Notes: generated by a model not told the origin, from the sequence alone. Positions 18,808 through 30,188 are shown, counted from the first letter of the stretch. The stretch is DNA of 64,000 nt from Thermoplasmatota archaeon (GCA_041601615.1 JBFIHX010000003.1:192001-256000), one strand, 5' to 3'. Numbers and translations are program-made.

Positions 18808-20586
18808 TCAGCCGTCGCGGCAGATTGATTCGTACTGCTCGGGTGCGCCCTTGCAGAGTTCTGCCACTTCAGCCTTGGAGAGCATGAACCGGGATTGTTT
18901 GCCGGTTTCATGGTAGCAGGATTTCTGGAACTCGGCTGCCAATTGGGGGCATAGGTCCATGCCGGCTTGGGGGCTGTTTTCTTGCAGGATGACGCCGGCC
19001 GTGAACGACGAGACGCACTGTTGGTGGAAGGCGTCGGTGCTGGCGTAGGAGCAGAGTTTGCTCATCTTTGACGCTTCGCGGTTGCCGTAGGGGGCTGCGT
19101 CGCGGCCTAAGCTTGAGTAGCAGTCGATGGCGTAGTTTCCTTGTTCGTCGCAGATGCGGGAGGCGGCCTCGAAGTCGCCGCCGTTGGCGCGCAGAATCAC
19201 GGAGGTCTGCATGCGCCAGCACGCGGAGGCGAACTTGGATTTCACTACGTTGCAGGGGAACGCCGGGTCTTCGGGTTTGATCCAGAAGGATGGGATGGTG
19301 CCGTCGCCGTGGGCGTGCGGAACGTAGTCAGGGGCGAGCGAGTCGTGGTAGGCGACGACGTTTTCCATGAACACACCGCCAACGCAGGACGCTTCCTCGA
19401 ACCAGCCGGTGAGCTTGGCGCAGGTGTCGAGGCTGCCGGGGACGTCGTAGTTGGTGTACATGGTGATGCCGTGTCCAACCCCGTGGTAGCAAGTGTAAGT
19501 CTCGAACCGGGACTTGGCTGCCGAACAAAGGGAGTTGAGCGCGGAGTCGCTGATCGTGGCACCTTGGCGGGATAAGTCGTCGAAGTATGCTTGCAGGGCG
19601 CCGTGGATGCAGCCCTGGAACACTTCGTAGGAGCATTCTCCGAGCGTCAAGGAGATGTCGAGGCCGTACGCGAGGTATGCGTGGTGGCCCAGTTCGTGTG
19701 CCAGAACGTGGCTCTGGGCGTAGGCTTCCGAGTTGACCTTGGTGAGGGATACGAGCAGATCGAAGGCGGCGATGGAGCCGGACGCTTCCAGCAGGTCTTC
19801 GATGTGGTGCAGCCAACAATCTTGGGAGGGGTAGCCGGCGTCGCGACATTGGGTTTCGAGTGCGTGTCCGGTCGTGGGTCCAAAGTATGTGGTGGTGCCG
19901 ACGACGGAAACGCCGCGGGTGCCGAGCAATTCTAGGGTTCCGTGTCCGCCGTGGCCGTCGCCACCGCTGGCGCCGTGGCTGCCGCCGTGGTCATCGCCGT
20001 GGCCCACTGAGGCAGCAGAAAGCCAGTCTACGCCTTCGGCGGCGATGGCGCCTCCGTACCCGGCAGTGGCAAGGAGAATTCCAGCCCCCGCCATGGCGCG
20101 CACTTGTTGACCGGTGAACGTGGGCATTTTGTGGGCGAGCATGGTGGCGGCGGCGCCCAGTTGGGCAAGAACCGTGACGATGCCAAGGAGGTCCACTGGT
20201 TCGGGCGCGTCGGACCAAGGCGCTCGCATGATGCGCGTCAGGACGTACAACACCGTGGGCGCGACCACCAGAATCGCCAGGCCGGCGTGTTCGAGGCGGC
20301 GGGTGGGGTTGCGAAGGAACACAAACGCCCAGAGAATTTGCGTGATGCCGATGCCCAAGAAAAAGAGGCCTGCGCCGAGGGCGTGGCCCATGTGTGATTC
20401 AACGAGCAACAGGTGCAGTGCTCCTGCAACGAACACGAACCCGGCGGTGAGTGCCGGCCAAGTCGGCGAGGTGGGCGTGGCGGGATTGGAACTGCTAGGC
20501 ACCGGAGCTTCAACAGGGTTGAGCGGCGCGTTGGTGTCCTGGGCGGGCTCGGATTCGGTCGCTCCGGGGTCCATGTTCGATGCCAT
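18808..20586 (-). CDS. Membrane protein with His-rich linker and Cys/His (CxHG) repeat ectodomain
   Basis: About 5 TM helices, GHGDDHGGSHG linker, HVLAHELGH, CIHG, CYHGVGHG, CVGGVFMEN and paired Cys repeats. Confidence 0.8.
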   Translation of the reverse strand: MASNMDPGATESEPAQDTNAPLNPVEAPVPSSSNPATPTSPTWPALTAGFVFVAGALHLLLVESHMGHALGAGLFFLGIGITQILWAFVFLRNPTRRLEHAGLAILVVAPTVLYVLTRIMRAPWSDAPEPVDLLGIVTVLAQLGAAATMLAHKMPTFTGQQVRAMAGAGILLATAGYGGAIAAEGVDWLSAASVGHGDDHGGSHGASGGDGHGGHGTLELLGTRGVSVVGTTTYFGPTTGHALETQCRDAGYPSQDCWLHHIEDLLEASGSIAAFDLLVSLTKVNSEAYAQSHVLAHELGHHAYLAYGLDISLTLGECSYEVFQGCIHGALQAYFDDLSRQGATISDSALNSLCSAAKSRFETYTCYHGVGHGITMYTNYDVPGSLDTCAKLTGWFEEASCVGGVFMENVVAYHDSLAPDYVPHAHGDGTIPSFWIKPEDPAFPCNVVKSKFASACWRMQTSVILRANGGDFEAASRICDEQGNYAIDCYSSLGRDAAPYGNREASKMSKLCSYASTDAFHQQCVSSFTAGVILQENSPQAGMDLCPQLAAEFQKSCYHETGKQSRFMLSKAEVAELCKGAPEQYESICRDG

Positions 20587-20694
20587 CCGTTTGCGACGAC
20601 ACTCGTGCTTTCAGATGAAGGATTCGCCAAAGGTTGCCTGGGGCCCAACGGTGGTTTGGGGGTCAAAGCAGGGTCGCGGGGCCACCCGGCGGCG

Positions 20695-20892
<198 letters not shown>

Positions 20893-20965
20893 CGAAGGGC
20901 CCTCCGCGCCCTTCGCAACCCCGGGGGCGTGGCGCTCGCGCTCTGCGCTCGACCACGCGGTTTGG

Positions 20966-22105
<1,140 letters not shown>

Positions 22106-22356
22106 GGGGCCGGGACGAGAGGGGCGGTTTTCAGTGTTGGGAGCGGATTTTGGTTCCGTCGGGCAACAACGACGCTTGGGGAACCGACGGACGAGCTTGG
22201 CGTGCTTGAGGCGCACATGGCTTGGATGCAGGGCCGGGCCCCATTCGAATTCGACGAAAGGCGTTGGCTCCATGAAATTCTATGAACTTGGAAGTTCAAT
22301 GATTATCATGGGATGATTTAGAAAGATCAGCCCAATTGTGTGATGGTTTGATACCT

Positions 22357-23115
22357 ATGAATGAACCAATCGTCCGAAAGCAACAATCACTGGCGCTCGC
22401 ATCTATTTTGTCTCTCATCATGATTCTGTTGCCCGTGGGTGCCGTGAATACAGATTTTGATCATTGCAGCGCCCTTTGGGACGTACTTTTGGAAGGCGAC
22501 CAATGGGATGATCCTCTCGGACATCTGGATGCGGCTGGATGGATTTTCCCCAGTCCCCTGGAGGCCTACAGGGCTTGCGGGCTTGATGTCCAAGTGGGGA
22601 CGCTCGCTTCCATCGATCCGCAAGCCACCGGCACGGACGGAAAAGCCACGTGCGTCTATGCTCCGATGCCGGAGGGTACAGAGGCGCCATTAGCGGCACC
22701 CGTGGACATTGTGTTTGTTCCTCCTACGGGTGTTACCCTGCTGAAACTGCAATGTTTCGGCGTGAGTGCGAACCTTGAGGGGGCAGGGGGCGATGTCCGC
22801 CCTCTCATTTACTACGGATCGGGGACGGCGGGCGCATTTCTGCGCGAATTCCAGGCTGAAATCGCGGCACCCGGCGGCACCGACCTATGCTCGAGAATGA
22901 TTGGTGCTGGCTACCGCGAATGCAGCCTGAGGGAGCCCGGCCTGGACCTTGACAATAAGGTTCGTTGCTATGCTGTTGCCGGCACCATGTCCTCGTGGAC
23001 TGTGTTGGCCGCACAATACGCACGCAATCCCAGCCAATGCCCCCCCCCCAATGAGGTGGGTTCCATCATCAGCGAGACAATCTCACGCGCCGATCTACCA
23101 ACGGATGGTCTATGA
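22357..23115 (+). CDS. Secreted Cys-containing protein of unknown function
   Basis: Signal peptide (LALASILSLIMILLPVGA) and 8 Cys in the mature part. Confidence 0.65.
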   Translation: MNEPIVRKQQSLALASILSLIMILLPVGAVNTDFDHCSALWDVLLEGDQWDDPLGHLDAAGWIFPSPLEAYRACGLDVQVGTLASIDPQATGTDGKATCVYAPMPEGTEAPLAAPVDIVFVPPTGVTLLKLQCFGVSANLEGAGGDVRPLIYYGSGTAGAFLREFQAEIAAPGGTDLCSRMIGAGYRECSLREPGLDLDNKVRCYAVAGTMSSWTVLAAQYARNPSQCPPPNEVGSIISETISRADLPTDGL

Positions 23116-23181
23116 AGGCCATGCAAAACCATCCTGTTGTCTATACTAGTGATGTCCCGAACAATTCGGAAAGAGATTAAC

Positions 23182-24384
23182 ATGGGCACAGCGCTGCCTG
23201 AAGCTTTGCGCATCGTCATGGTCGTTGCTCTGCTGATGCCCCTTGCAGGTTGCTTGGGCAGCGATGCCGCCGGACCGGAGCCGATGCTGGGGTTCCAGGC
23301 AGCGTTCCAAGTAGATCAAGACCAGGCGCCTCTCACGATTCATTTGGGGCCTGGTGCCTTCGTTAATGCTCTTGGCCAAGTGCAAGAAGCAGGGATGCTG
23401 CACATGCAATGGAATGGCGACCACGCGTTTGCCGCGCTTGACGACATGGGCCAACGGCGTTGGTTCTACCTTCCCTGCGAGCGAGCGTGTGATCGTTCCA
23501 TCGCGGTGTGGGGGCAGGGGGCGGCACCGTTTGGAATAGAAATTGCGCGGACGCAGGATGGCTGGATTCCTGCGACTTCCCCGTCCGGTTCGGGGGGGTC
23601 CCTGGAGGGGCTCTGGCGGGGGGAATGGACGACTCCGACTCCCATCCAAGACGGCAAGGCTGTCCCCCGCTCCGTCCAGTACGACCGGGCCCAATTGGAG
23701 CGACTGAATCTGCAAGCTTCCTCCGAGCCAGGCGCCCGCCTCGCGACCACGGTGCCCGAATGGCCGCCGACCAATCCTACGCGCTCGGCTCAGTACCTGT
23801 ACAACGGCGAGGAAGACACCTTCTGGAACGGCGAGGGATCCGTGCATGGAGCCTTGGAGTTCGTGCGCGACAACAACCCAGATGTAGATTCTTGGCTCTC
23901 GGGCGCGGGCTGCGTCGAGATGGTCTTCTACTCGCAGCTTCGTAGCGACCCCGGCGGCGGGACCTTCGACCTGATTCACGACTCTCGAAGTGAACAAGTG
24001 CAATTCCACTTCTCTGACGGCTCCGGGAAAGGTATGGTGGTCGATGTAAGCTACTACGACAACACTCTCGGAGGCGACCCACGCACCTATCAGTACATGG
24101 ATGCCGCGCCGCGACCCGCCGGGCTGTGCCCAGAGAAGCTTCCCTCTGCTCCTCTTGCGCCCATCGTTGCGTTCATGCAGGAACTCGCAGGCACAGAGCT
24201 ATCGGTGCATGCATTTGTGGTAACGCAAGATAGCGGCTTTGTTCGATACACAGTGTGGGCGCGATCCAGCGAATTTGTAAGTGGCGGCTACCAGTCTTTC
24301 CTCATCAGTTGGGATGCCACGAACCAGAAGATGCTCTCGGCGAGCCTCCCTGACGCCGTCATGCAGAGACTACTAGGGCTCTAA
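23182..24384 (+). CDS. Lipoprotein, probable distant paralogue of the 12852..15317 ectodomain
   Basis: PLAGC lipobox; segments resemble the regulator ectodomain (see findings). Confidence 0.7.
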   Translation: MGTALPEALRIVMVVALLMPLAGCLGSDAAGPEPMLGFQAAFQVDQDQAPLTIHLGPGAFVNALGQVQEAGMLHMQWNGDHAFAALDDMGQRRWFYLPCERACDRSIAVWGQGAAPFGIEIARTQDGWIPATSPSGSGGSLEGLWRGEWTTPTPIQDGKAVPRSVQYDRAQLERLNLQASSEPGARLATTVPEWPPTNPTRSAQYLYNGEEDTFWNGEGSVHGALEFVRDNNPDVDSWLSGAGCVEMVFYSQLRSDPGGGTFDLIHDSRSEQVQFHFSDGSGKGMVVDVSYYDNTLGGDPRTYQYMDAAPRPAGLCPEKLPSAPLAPIVAFMQELAGTELSVHAFVVTQDSGFVRYTVWARSSEFVSGGYQSFLISWDATNQKMLSASLPDAVMQRLLGL

Positions 24385-25046
24385 CGCGTCCACGCCAACA
24401 CGGGCAGCACAGCATCCATCACGCGGTTTTCGCCCGCTCGAAGGCGCTCTTCAAAGCTGCTGCGCGTAATGCCGAGTCCGGCGGCGACCTCGGCGGTGGT
24501 GGCGCCGCGTGGACTCCGGTAATACCCTGCTCCATGCGCCGCAATCAACGCTTCTGCCTGCTTTTGCGTCGGCGCCTCCAGGGCCGGTTGCAGGCTCCAA
24601 AACAGGCTTGCCTGGATGTCCTCGGGGCGAATTTCTTGGCGGCGCACCACGCGGGTCGGATGCGATCGGGCAAGTTCCACGAGGGCTCCTTGCTCGCCGC
24701 CGGCCAGGGCCAATGCGTCGTAGTGTTCCCAGCCGCGCACCACGCGAAGCGGCTGCTGCCACAGCAGTCCGTGACGTTCTAGGATGTGGCTGATGCTGCT
24801 TTTTGGGTCCACTCTGGGCGTCCAGACCCAAAGCGTGCCGTCTGGTGTGTGCACCGTGCGCTCTGGGGCCAAGTGTCGTGCTGCCGCCTCGTCCACGACT
24901 GCTTGCGGGTGCTTGGTCGCGGGCAAAAAGACCACTTCGAGTCGGTGGCCGCTCCACACGCGCAAGTCTGCATCCAGTTCCGCCGACAGCCTTGCTAGTG
25001 GGCAATCATGCTGAACTCGAAACGTCACTTGGTGCAACCCGTCCAT
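24381..25046 (-). CDS. Bacterio-opsin activator-type (HTH_10) regulator
   Basis: HDCPL N-terminus; TQKQAEALIAAHGAGYYRSPRGATTAEVAAGLGITRSSFEERLR. Confidence 0.9.
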   Translation of the reverse strand: MDGLHQVTFRVQHDCPLARLSAELDADLRVWSGHRLEVVFLPATKHPQAVVDEAAARHLAPERTVHTPDGTLWVWTPRVDPKSSISHILERHGLLWQQPLRVVRGWEHYDALALAGGEQGALVELARSHPTRVVRRQEIRPEDIQASLFWSLQPALEAPTQKQAEALIAAHGAGYYRSPRGATTAEVAAGLGITRSSFEERLRAGENRVMDAVLPVLAWTR

Positions 25047-25103
25047 GGGCGGGGTATTGGCGCGGGGGCCTTGAGCCTTAAGGCGGCGCCACGGTGGCCG
25101 GTC

Positions 25104-26057
25104 GTGGCTGGAACTGGACCCGTGCGTATCGAACTCCCGGTTCCCTTCCCGCTCAAAACCGTCAACGCCTGGCTTTTTCCGGGCGACGCTCCAGCCCTCT
25201 TAGATTGCGGCATCGGAGACCCGCGCCACTATCAATCGCTGCTTGACTCTGTACGGGCGGCTGGCGTGGATCTGTCTCGCCTGACGCTTTATCTAACGCA
25301 CGGACACGTCGACCACGCCGGCAACGCCCACCGCTTGCGCCGCGACCATGGTGTCCCGCTCGTGTGTCCTCGGGAGGAAGCGCCGTTTGTGGAGACGTTT
25401 CGCCGCGACGAAGCGACCCGCAACGACGCCTTCGCGCATGCATTGCTGGCCCACGGAGCCCCCGCCGAGGACGTTGCGCGCATCCGCGCCGACAGCGACG
25501 CCATCGATGACTACCTCGAGGACTGCCCCATCGAGCAAGGCCTCTCCGACCAAGCGCGGGTGGTATTCGGCAACGACGAAGTCACCGCAGTGCGTACGCC
25601 TGGGCACACACCTGGAAGCACCTGCTACTTGACCGACGACAACGTGCTGCTGTCGGGCGACACGCTCTTGGAACGGATCACAAGCAACGCAGTGGAACTC
25701 AAAGACGACGACCATGGCGCCTACCACCAGTACGTCGAAACCTTGGACTCGCTGCGTCGATTCGTGGGCGTCGAGTGTCTGCCGGGCCACCGCGCTCCCT
25801 TCCGGCTCACGGATGCCGTACTCGACTACCACATGCACGCGCACGAGTCCCGCCGCGAGCGGATTTTGGGATTCTTGGACGCGCCTCGAACCGCGTTTCA
25901 AGTGTTCAAGCACATTTTCCCTGGCCTGAACATGGACGCAGGGCTCTTCATGGGCATGGCGGAAGTGGTCGGGCATTTGCACGCCATGGAACTGGACGGA
26001 TTGGTTCGATGGGATGCGACAGGCGATGGTGGCCTGCGTCGGTTCGCTCAGCTCTGA
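25104..26057 (+). CDS. MBL-fold metallo-hydrolase
   Basis: THGHVDHAG, TPGHTPGS, SGDTLL, LPGH. Confidence 0.9.
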   Translation: MAGTGPVRIELPVPFPLKTVNAWLFPGDAPALLDCGIGDPRHYQSLLDSVRAAGVDLSRLTLYLTHGHVDHAGNAHRLRRDHGVPLVCPREEAPFVETFRRDEATRNDAFAHALLAHGAPAEDVARIRADSDAIDDYLEDCPIEQGLSDQARVVFGNDEVTAVRTPGHTPGSTCYLTDDNVLLSGDTLLERITSNAVELKDDDHGAYHQYVETLDSLRRFVGVECLPGHRAPFRLTDAVLDYHMHAHESRRERILGFLDAPRTAFQVFKHIFPGLNMDAGLFMGMAEVVGHLHAMELDGLVRWDATGDGGLRRFAQL

Positions 26058-26965
26058 ACACGCTTGTAGATGAGAGCCGCAGCTCCAAGCACCGCCACAA
26101 GGCCAAGCAACGGAGCTCCCGGAGCCGAGTTGGCAGAATCCTCAGAATCCCTGGAAAATTCTGGCGACTGTCCGCTTTCAGCATCGGGGTCACGCTCGTA
26201 GATGAGATCCACGCTGCGTGCCACTGCGGACCCGTTCTTTCCAAATTCCAACGCCTCCGATGCCCGTCCCACGACGAACGATTCGCTCCAAAGTGTCGAC
26301 TCGATCATGTAGGCCTGCGAATCGGGCAAATCAAGGGAAATGCGGCCAATGGCGGTGCCGCCGCCCACGATGGACGGCACCTCGACCCATTGTTCATCCA
26401 CCACAAGGCGCGTGGTCACTTCACGCACCACGACTTGGGCCATGATTGCCTCCGATGCAGTCGTCCGCTCGTTGACAAGATACAGCGCGGCGTCAATATC
26501 GACGCGGCCGTTTGCGACGCCACGGGCGTTCAGATCCAAGTGGTCCACCAGGACTCCGATGTCCTCCACGTCCGGAGGCAACAGGTTCAGTTGGCGCACC
26601 TGAAGGTACCATTGGTCCACGAGGATGCCCTTGTCCAGCACATCCACCATGAGTCGAGAGGAGGCTTTGCGAGGAACCTCGACGGAGAGAGCTACAGAGA
26701 CCGCCTTTGCATCGTCCACGGCGTCCAATGGTTTCGTCGCAGACGCTGCCAGTAGGCCCGTGGCCTCATCGACTGCACGAACCCGGATGCTCCAGCCTTC
26801 GCCGGTGTAGCCTGATTCCACGGTGACATTCACGTCCAAGAGCACCGTGGATGAATGGACGGCCAGTGCTGTGACCGACACGTCTTCGATTCGTTCGCTT
26901 CCGTACCCATGGCCGGTACATCCGGCAAGCGCCAAGACCAGGAGCACAGTCCAAATCCATTTCAT
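26048..26965 (-). CDS. Exported protein with two Ig-like repeats and PGF-CTERM-like tail
   Basis: LAGC N-terminus, two similar beta domains, C-terminal SAPGAP, TM helix, KR. Confidence 0.75.
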   Translation of the reverse strand: MKWIWTVLLVLALAGCTGHGYGSERIEDVSVTALAVHSSTVLLDVNVTVESGYTGEGWSIRVRAVDEATGLLAASATKPLDAVDDAKAVSVALSVEVPRKASSRLMVDVLDKGILVDQWYLQVRQLNLLPPDVEDIGVLVDHLDLNARGVANGRVDIDAALYLVNERTTASEAIMAQVVVREVTTRLVVDEQWVEVPSIVGGGTAIGRISLDLPDSQAYMIESTLWSESFVVGRASEALEFGKNGSAVARSVDLIYERDPDAESGQSPEFSRDSEDSANSAPGAPLLGLVAVLGAAALIYKRVQS

Positions 26966-27052
26966 GCGGTCAAGATATTGCTTGAGAATACAATGATTTC
27001 TGGAACATTGTTGAAACAAACACCTTCAATCCCTGTGCGCCTCCTAGCTCCT

Positions 27053-27679
27053 GTGACCGACCCGGTGCTGGCCCACCTGCCCGCCGCCATCGCCCACTGG
27101 CGCACCACCGACCCGGTGCTTGCGGAGCTTGCCGAATCCGATCCGCCGGGCGCTTGGCCGGACGACAACGACGACGCATTCGTGAGTCTGTGCCGCGCCA
27201 TCGTCCACCAACAAGTGAGTCTCGCGGCCGGACGCACCATCTACGGGCGCTTCGAAGCGGCTGTCGGCACCGTGGCCCCCGCCCACATCCTTGCTGCGGG
27301 CGAGGAGACATTGCGCGGCGCGGGCCTTTCTGGGCAAAAAACCAGCTATCTTCTTGACTTGTCAGGGCGAGTTCAAGATGGCTTATTGCACATTGATGCG
27401 CTTCACGCCATGGATGACGAGGCCGCTACGGCGGCCCTCGTGGCCGTGAAAGGAATTGGCGTTTGGACTGCCAAAATGTTCCTGCTTTTTCATCTTGGAC
27501 GATTGGATGTTTGTCCCTGGGAAGACCTAGGCGTCCGCTTGTCCGTGGAGCGTTTCTATGGCTTGCCCGAAAAGGAAGCCGCCGCTTGGATTCGCCATGA
27601 TGCTCAGGCTCGATGGAGTCCGTACAACAGCCTTGCTGCCCGGGTGCTGTGGAATGCCCGGCGGGTCGTGGAACCGTGA
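27053..27679 (+). CDS. alkA: DNA-3-methyladenine glycosylase II (HhH-GPD)
   Basis: AIVHQQVS, LRGAGLSGQK, VKGIGVWTAKMFL, DLGVR, WSPY. Confidence 0.9.
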   Translation: MTDPVLAHLPAAIAHWRTTDPVLAELAESDPPGAWPDDNDDAFVSLCRAIVHQQVSLAAGRTIYGRFEAAVGTVAPAHILAAGEETLRGAGLSGQKTSYLLDLSGRVQDGLLHIDALHAMDDEAATAALVAVKGIGVWTAKMFLLFHLGRLDVCPWEDLGVRLSVERFYGLPEKEAAAWIRHDAQARWSPYNSLAARVLWNARRVVEP

Positions 27680-28053
27680 CGCAGGCTGCGCCGATTCGCG
27701 CCGCCGGGGGCATCCTGTGGCGTGGCATTCGCGTCGCTGTGGTCCACCGCCACCGCTATGACGACTGGACCCTTCCTAAGGGCAAACTGGAACCGGGAGA
27801 GGACTGGGAAACCGGAGCTTTGCGCGAAGTGGAGGAGGAAACTGGCTGGAGCGTCCGGGTGCGTGAACCCGCCGGCATCGTGCACTACGAAGTCGAGGGA
27901 GTCCCCAAGGAAGTTCGTTGGTGGCACATGGATGCGCTCATCGAAACTGGCGCCGTGCCCGACCCAAACGAAGTGGACACAGTCGTCTGGATGACGGTGG
28001 AGGAAGCGCGGGCGCGGCTCTCCTACGACGACGAGCGCCGACTTCTCCCCTGA
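27676..28053 (+). CDS. NUDIX hydrolase
   Basis: RYDDWTLPKG and Nudix box GKLEPGEDWETGALREVEEETG. Confidence 0.92.
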   Translation: MTQAAPIRAAGGILWRGIRVAVVHRHRYDDWTLPKGKLEPGEDWETGALREVEEETGWSVRVREPAGIVHYEVEGVPKEVRWWHMDALIETGAVPDPNEVDTVVWMTVEEARARLSYDDERRLLP

Positions 28054-28121
28054 ATCGAAGCTGCCGGCCCCATACGGCCCAGACACGCGAAGTCAAGTGG
28101 AAGCCGAACCCAGGCTGGATT

Positions 28122-28478
28122 GTGCGCATCTGGGATGTCCCTCCCGGGGCCCTCTGCCGGCAGCATCTGCTTGGAGAACACCGGGAATTGCATGGTCTCT
28201 GGAACATCCTGACCCAAGGAAAGTCCGGCTACGCCCGCCACCCCGAAACGAGACGCTGGGAAGGGCGCTTACGGGCATTGCACCTGCGCCACCAACAATT
28301 GGTTGATGAATTGATGCAGCGTGGCTACAACCACCATTCGCCCCTAGCCGAATCGCTTGCCACCGGGAGCGCAATTCAGGACCGATTCATCGACTCCATC
28401 GAGCGCCAATGGGAAATTCTAGCAGACAAGCCTTGTGTCTGCCCTCTCGAACCCCCGCCAGTTGCACCCAAACCCTAG
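28122..28478 (+). CDS. Pyrimidine-dimer DNA glycosylase / endonuclease V-like protein
   Basis: MRIWD...LCRQHLLGEHRELH, HPETRRW, ELMQRGYNH. Confidence 0.8.
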   Translation: MRIWDVPPGALCRQHLLGEHRELHGLWNILTQGKSGYARHPETRRWEGRLRALHLRHQQLVDELMQRGYNHHSPLAESLATGSAIQDRFIDSIERQWEILADKPCVCPLEPPPVAPKP

Positions 28479-29338
28479 GTATCCCAGTGGACACTGCGTC
28501 GCCAGTCGATGCCGACCGTACGCGCTCCGATCTTGGCCACCATGGGCGCGTGGCGCTTATGCTCCGAGCGCCGAACCATGGTTTCGATGCGCTGCACATC
28601 CGCGAGCGTTTCGCCCGTGCGCCGTGCAATGTCTTCCACGCCCGTATTCAATTCGATGCCCTTCAGAATTGCATCGAGGCGGACGTAGCTCATGCCAAGG
28701 TCTTCTTCGTCCGTCTGGCCCGGATGCAGACCCGCCGACGGAGGGCGCGCCACGAGGTCCGCCGGCAGTCCCATGTGGGCTGCCAATTCGATGACCTGTG
28801 TCTTGTACAAGTCGCCGATCGGCTCTAGGTCTACGCCGCCGTCGCCGTGCTTCGTGAAGTACCCGACGAGAAGCTCCGATTTGTTGCCGGTGCCGCACAC
28901 GAGCCGGCCGCGTCCTTGGGCTTCGGCGTACAGGAACATCATGCGCGCGCGGGCCTTCGCGTTGCCATGCACGTAGGAATCAGGAACAAACCCGAGCGCC
29001 TGCTCGAGCCCCGAGACGATGGGCGTAATGTCTCGCGTGACCGATTCAATGCCAAGATGCTTGCAGAGCGCCTCGCCCGCAACAACATCGCCAGGGTCCG
29101 ATTCTTTGTGGGGCATGCGGATGCCAAGCACGTTGTCCGCGCCGACCGCCTCCACGCACAGAGCCGCCGTCAAGGACGAGTCGATGCCGCCGCTGATGCC
29201 CACCACGAACCCCGAGGCCCCGCTGCGCGCCAGGTGATCGCCGAGGAACCGAACGATGATGCGCTTCCACTCCTCGGGGGAGCCGACGGGAACGGACACA
29301 GGCGCTGCGAGCGGCGCGGCGGCTTTGGCCGTTGCCAT
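28475..29338 (-). CDS. nadE: NH3-dependent NAD+ synthetase
   Basis: GISGGIDSS, GNAKARARM, GTGNKSE, GYFTKHGDG, DLYKTQV, PSAGL, GQTDEEDLG. Confidence 0.96.
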   Translation of the reverse strand: MATAKAAAPLAAPVSVPVGSPEEWKRIIVRFLGDHLARSGASGFVVGISGGIDSSLTAALCVEAVGADNVLGIRMPHKESDPGDVVAGEALCKHLGIESVTRDITPIVSGLEQALGFVPDSYVHGNAKARARMMFLYAEAQGRGRLVCGTGNKSELLVGYFTKHGDGGVDLEPIGDLYKTQVIELAAHMGLPADLVARPPSAGLHPGQTDEEDLGMSYVRLDAILKGIELNTGVEDIARRTGETLADVQRIETMVRRSEHKRHAPMVAKIGARTVGIDWRRSVHWDT

Positions 29339-29385
29339 AATCGGGCCGGGGCAGGGTTCAAGCGCCGCGCCAGGGTCCAACGCTC

Positions 29386-30186
29386 GTGAAGGTCGCCCTC
29401 CATAGCGCCGCACCCGCGCTTGGCAACGTCGCCCGCAACGTCCAGACCGTGGCCAAAGCCATGGCAACCGACGACGAACTCGTGGTGTTTCCGGAGCTGT
29501 TCTTGACGGGGTACAACATCGGCGACGACGTACAACGGCTGGCACTCACGGCCGGCGACGAACGCCTGGAGCCCCTGCGCGAAGCGGCTCGCAAACACAG
29601 CACGCACCTCGTCGTGGGCGCCCCGCTTCGCATTCGGCCTGGCCTCACGTACAACGCGGCCCTCTGCATCGACGCGGACGGAACCGAGACATGGATTCCC
29701 AAGCGGGCGCTTCCCACCTTCACCACGTTCCGTGAGGGCCTCTTTTTTGCCCATGGCGACGCGCAACCGGTTTGGCACACGAGCCTCGGCACCATTGGTG
29801 TAAGCATCTGCTACGACCTGTACTTTCCCGAATTCCAAAAGCAGCAGGTGATGGAGGGTGCGGATGTGCTTCTCAATATCAGCGCCAGCCCCAGTGCCAG
29901 CCGCCGCTTTTTTGAGGCCTTGTTGCCCGCCCGCGCCATTGAAAACGCCTGCTTCAGCCTCTACAGCAACAACGTCGGCGCCCAAGACGGCATCGTATTC
30001 TGGGGTGGTAGCCGCGCCATTGGCCCACGAGGCGACATCATTGCTCAAACGGAACCATTCGAGGACCAAGTTGCCCGCGCAGAATTGAACCTAGACGACC
30101 TCGTGGCCGCCCGCGAATTCCGGCCGACGCTTCGAGACAGCCGCCACTGGACAGAAGCCATGACTCCCGCCGAGGCCGAGGCATAA
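29386..30186 (+). CDS. Carbon-nitrogen hydrolase (nitrilase family amidase)
   Basis: E-K-C triad: FPELFLTGY, PKRALP, ICYDLYFPE; also RAIEN and FWGGS. Confidence 0.92.
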   Translation: MKVALHSAAPALGNVARNVQTVAKAMATDDELVVFPELFLTGYNIGDDVQRLALTAGDERLEPLREAARKHSTHLVVGAPLRIRPGLTYNAALCIDADGTETWIPKRALPTFTTFREGLFFAHGDAQPVWHTSLGTIGVSICYDLYFPEFQKQQVMEGADVLLNISASPSASRRFFEALLPARAIENACFSLYSNNVGAQDGIVFWGGSRAIGPRGDIIAQTEPFEDQVARAELNLDDLVAAREFRPTLRDSRHWTEAMTPAEAEA

Positions 30187-30188
30187 CC

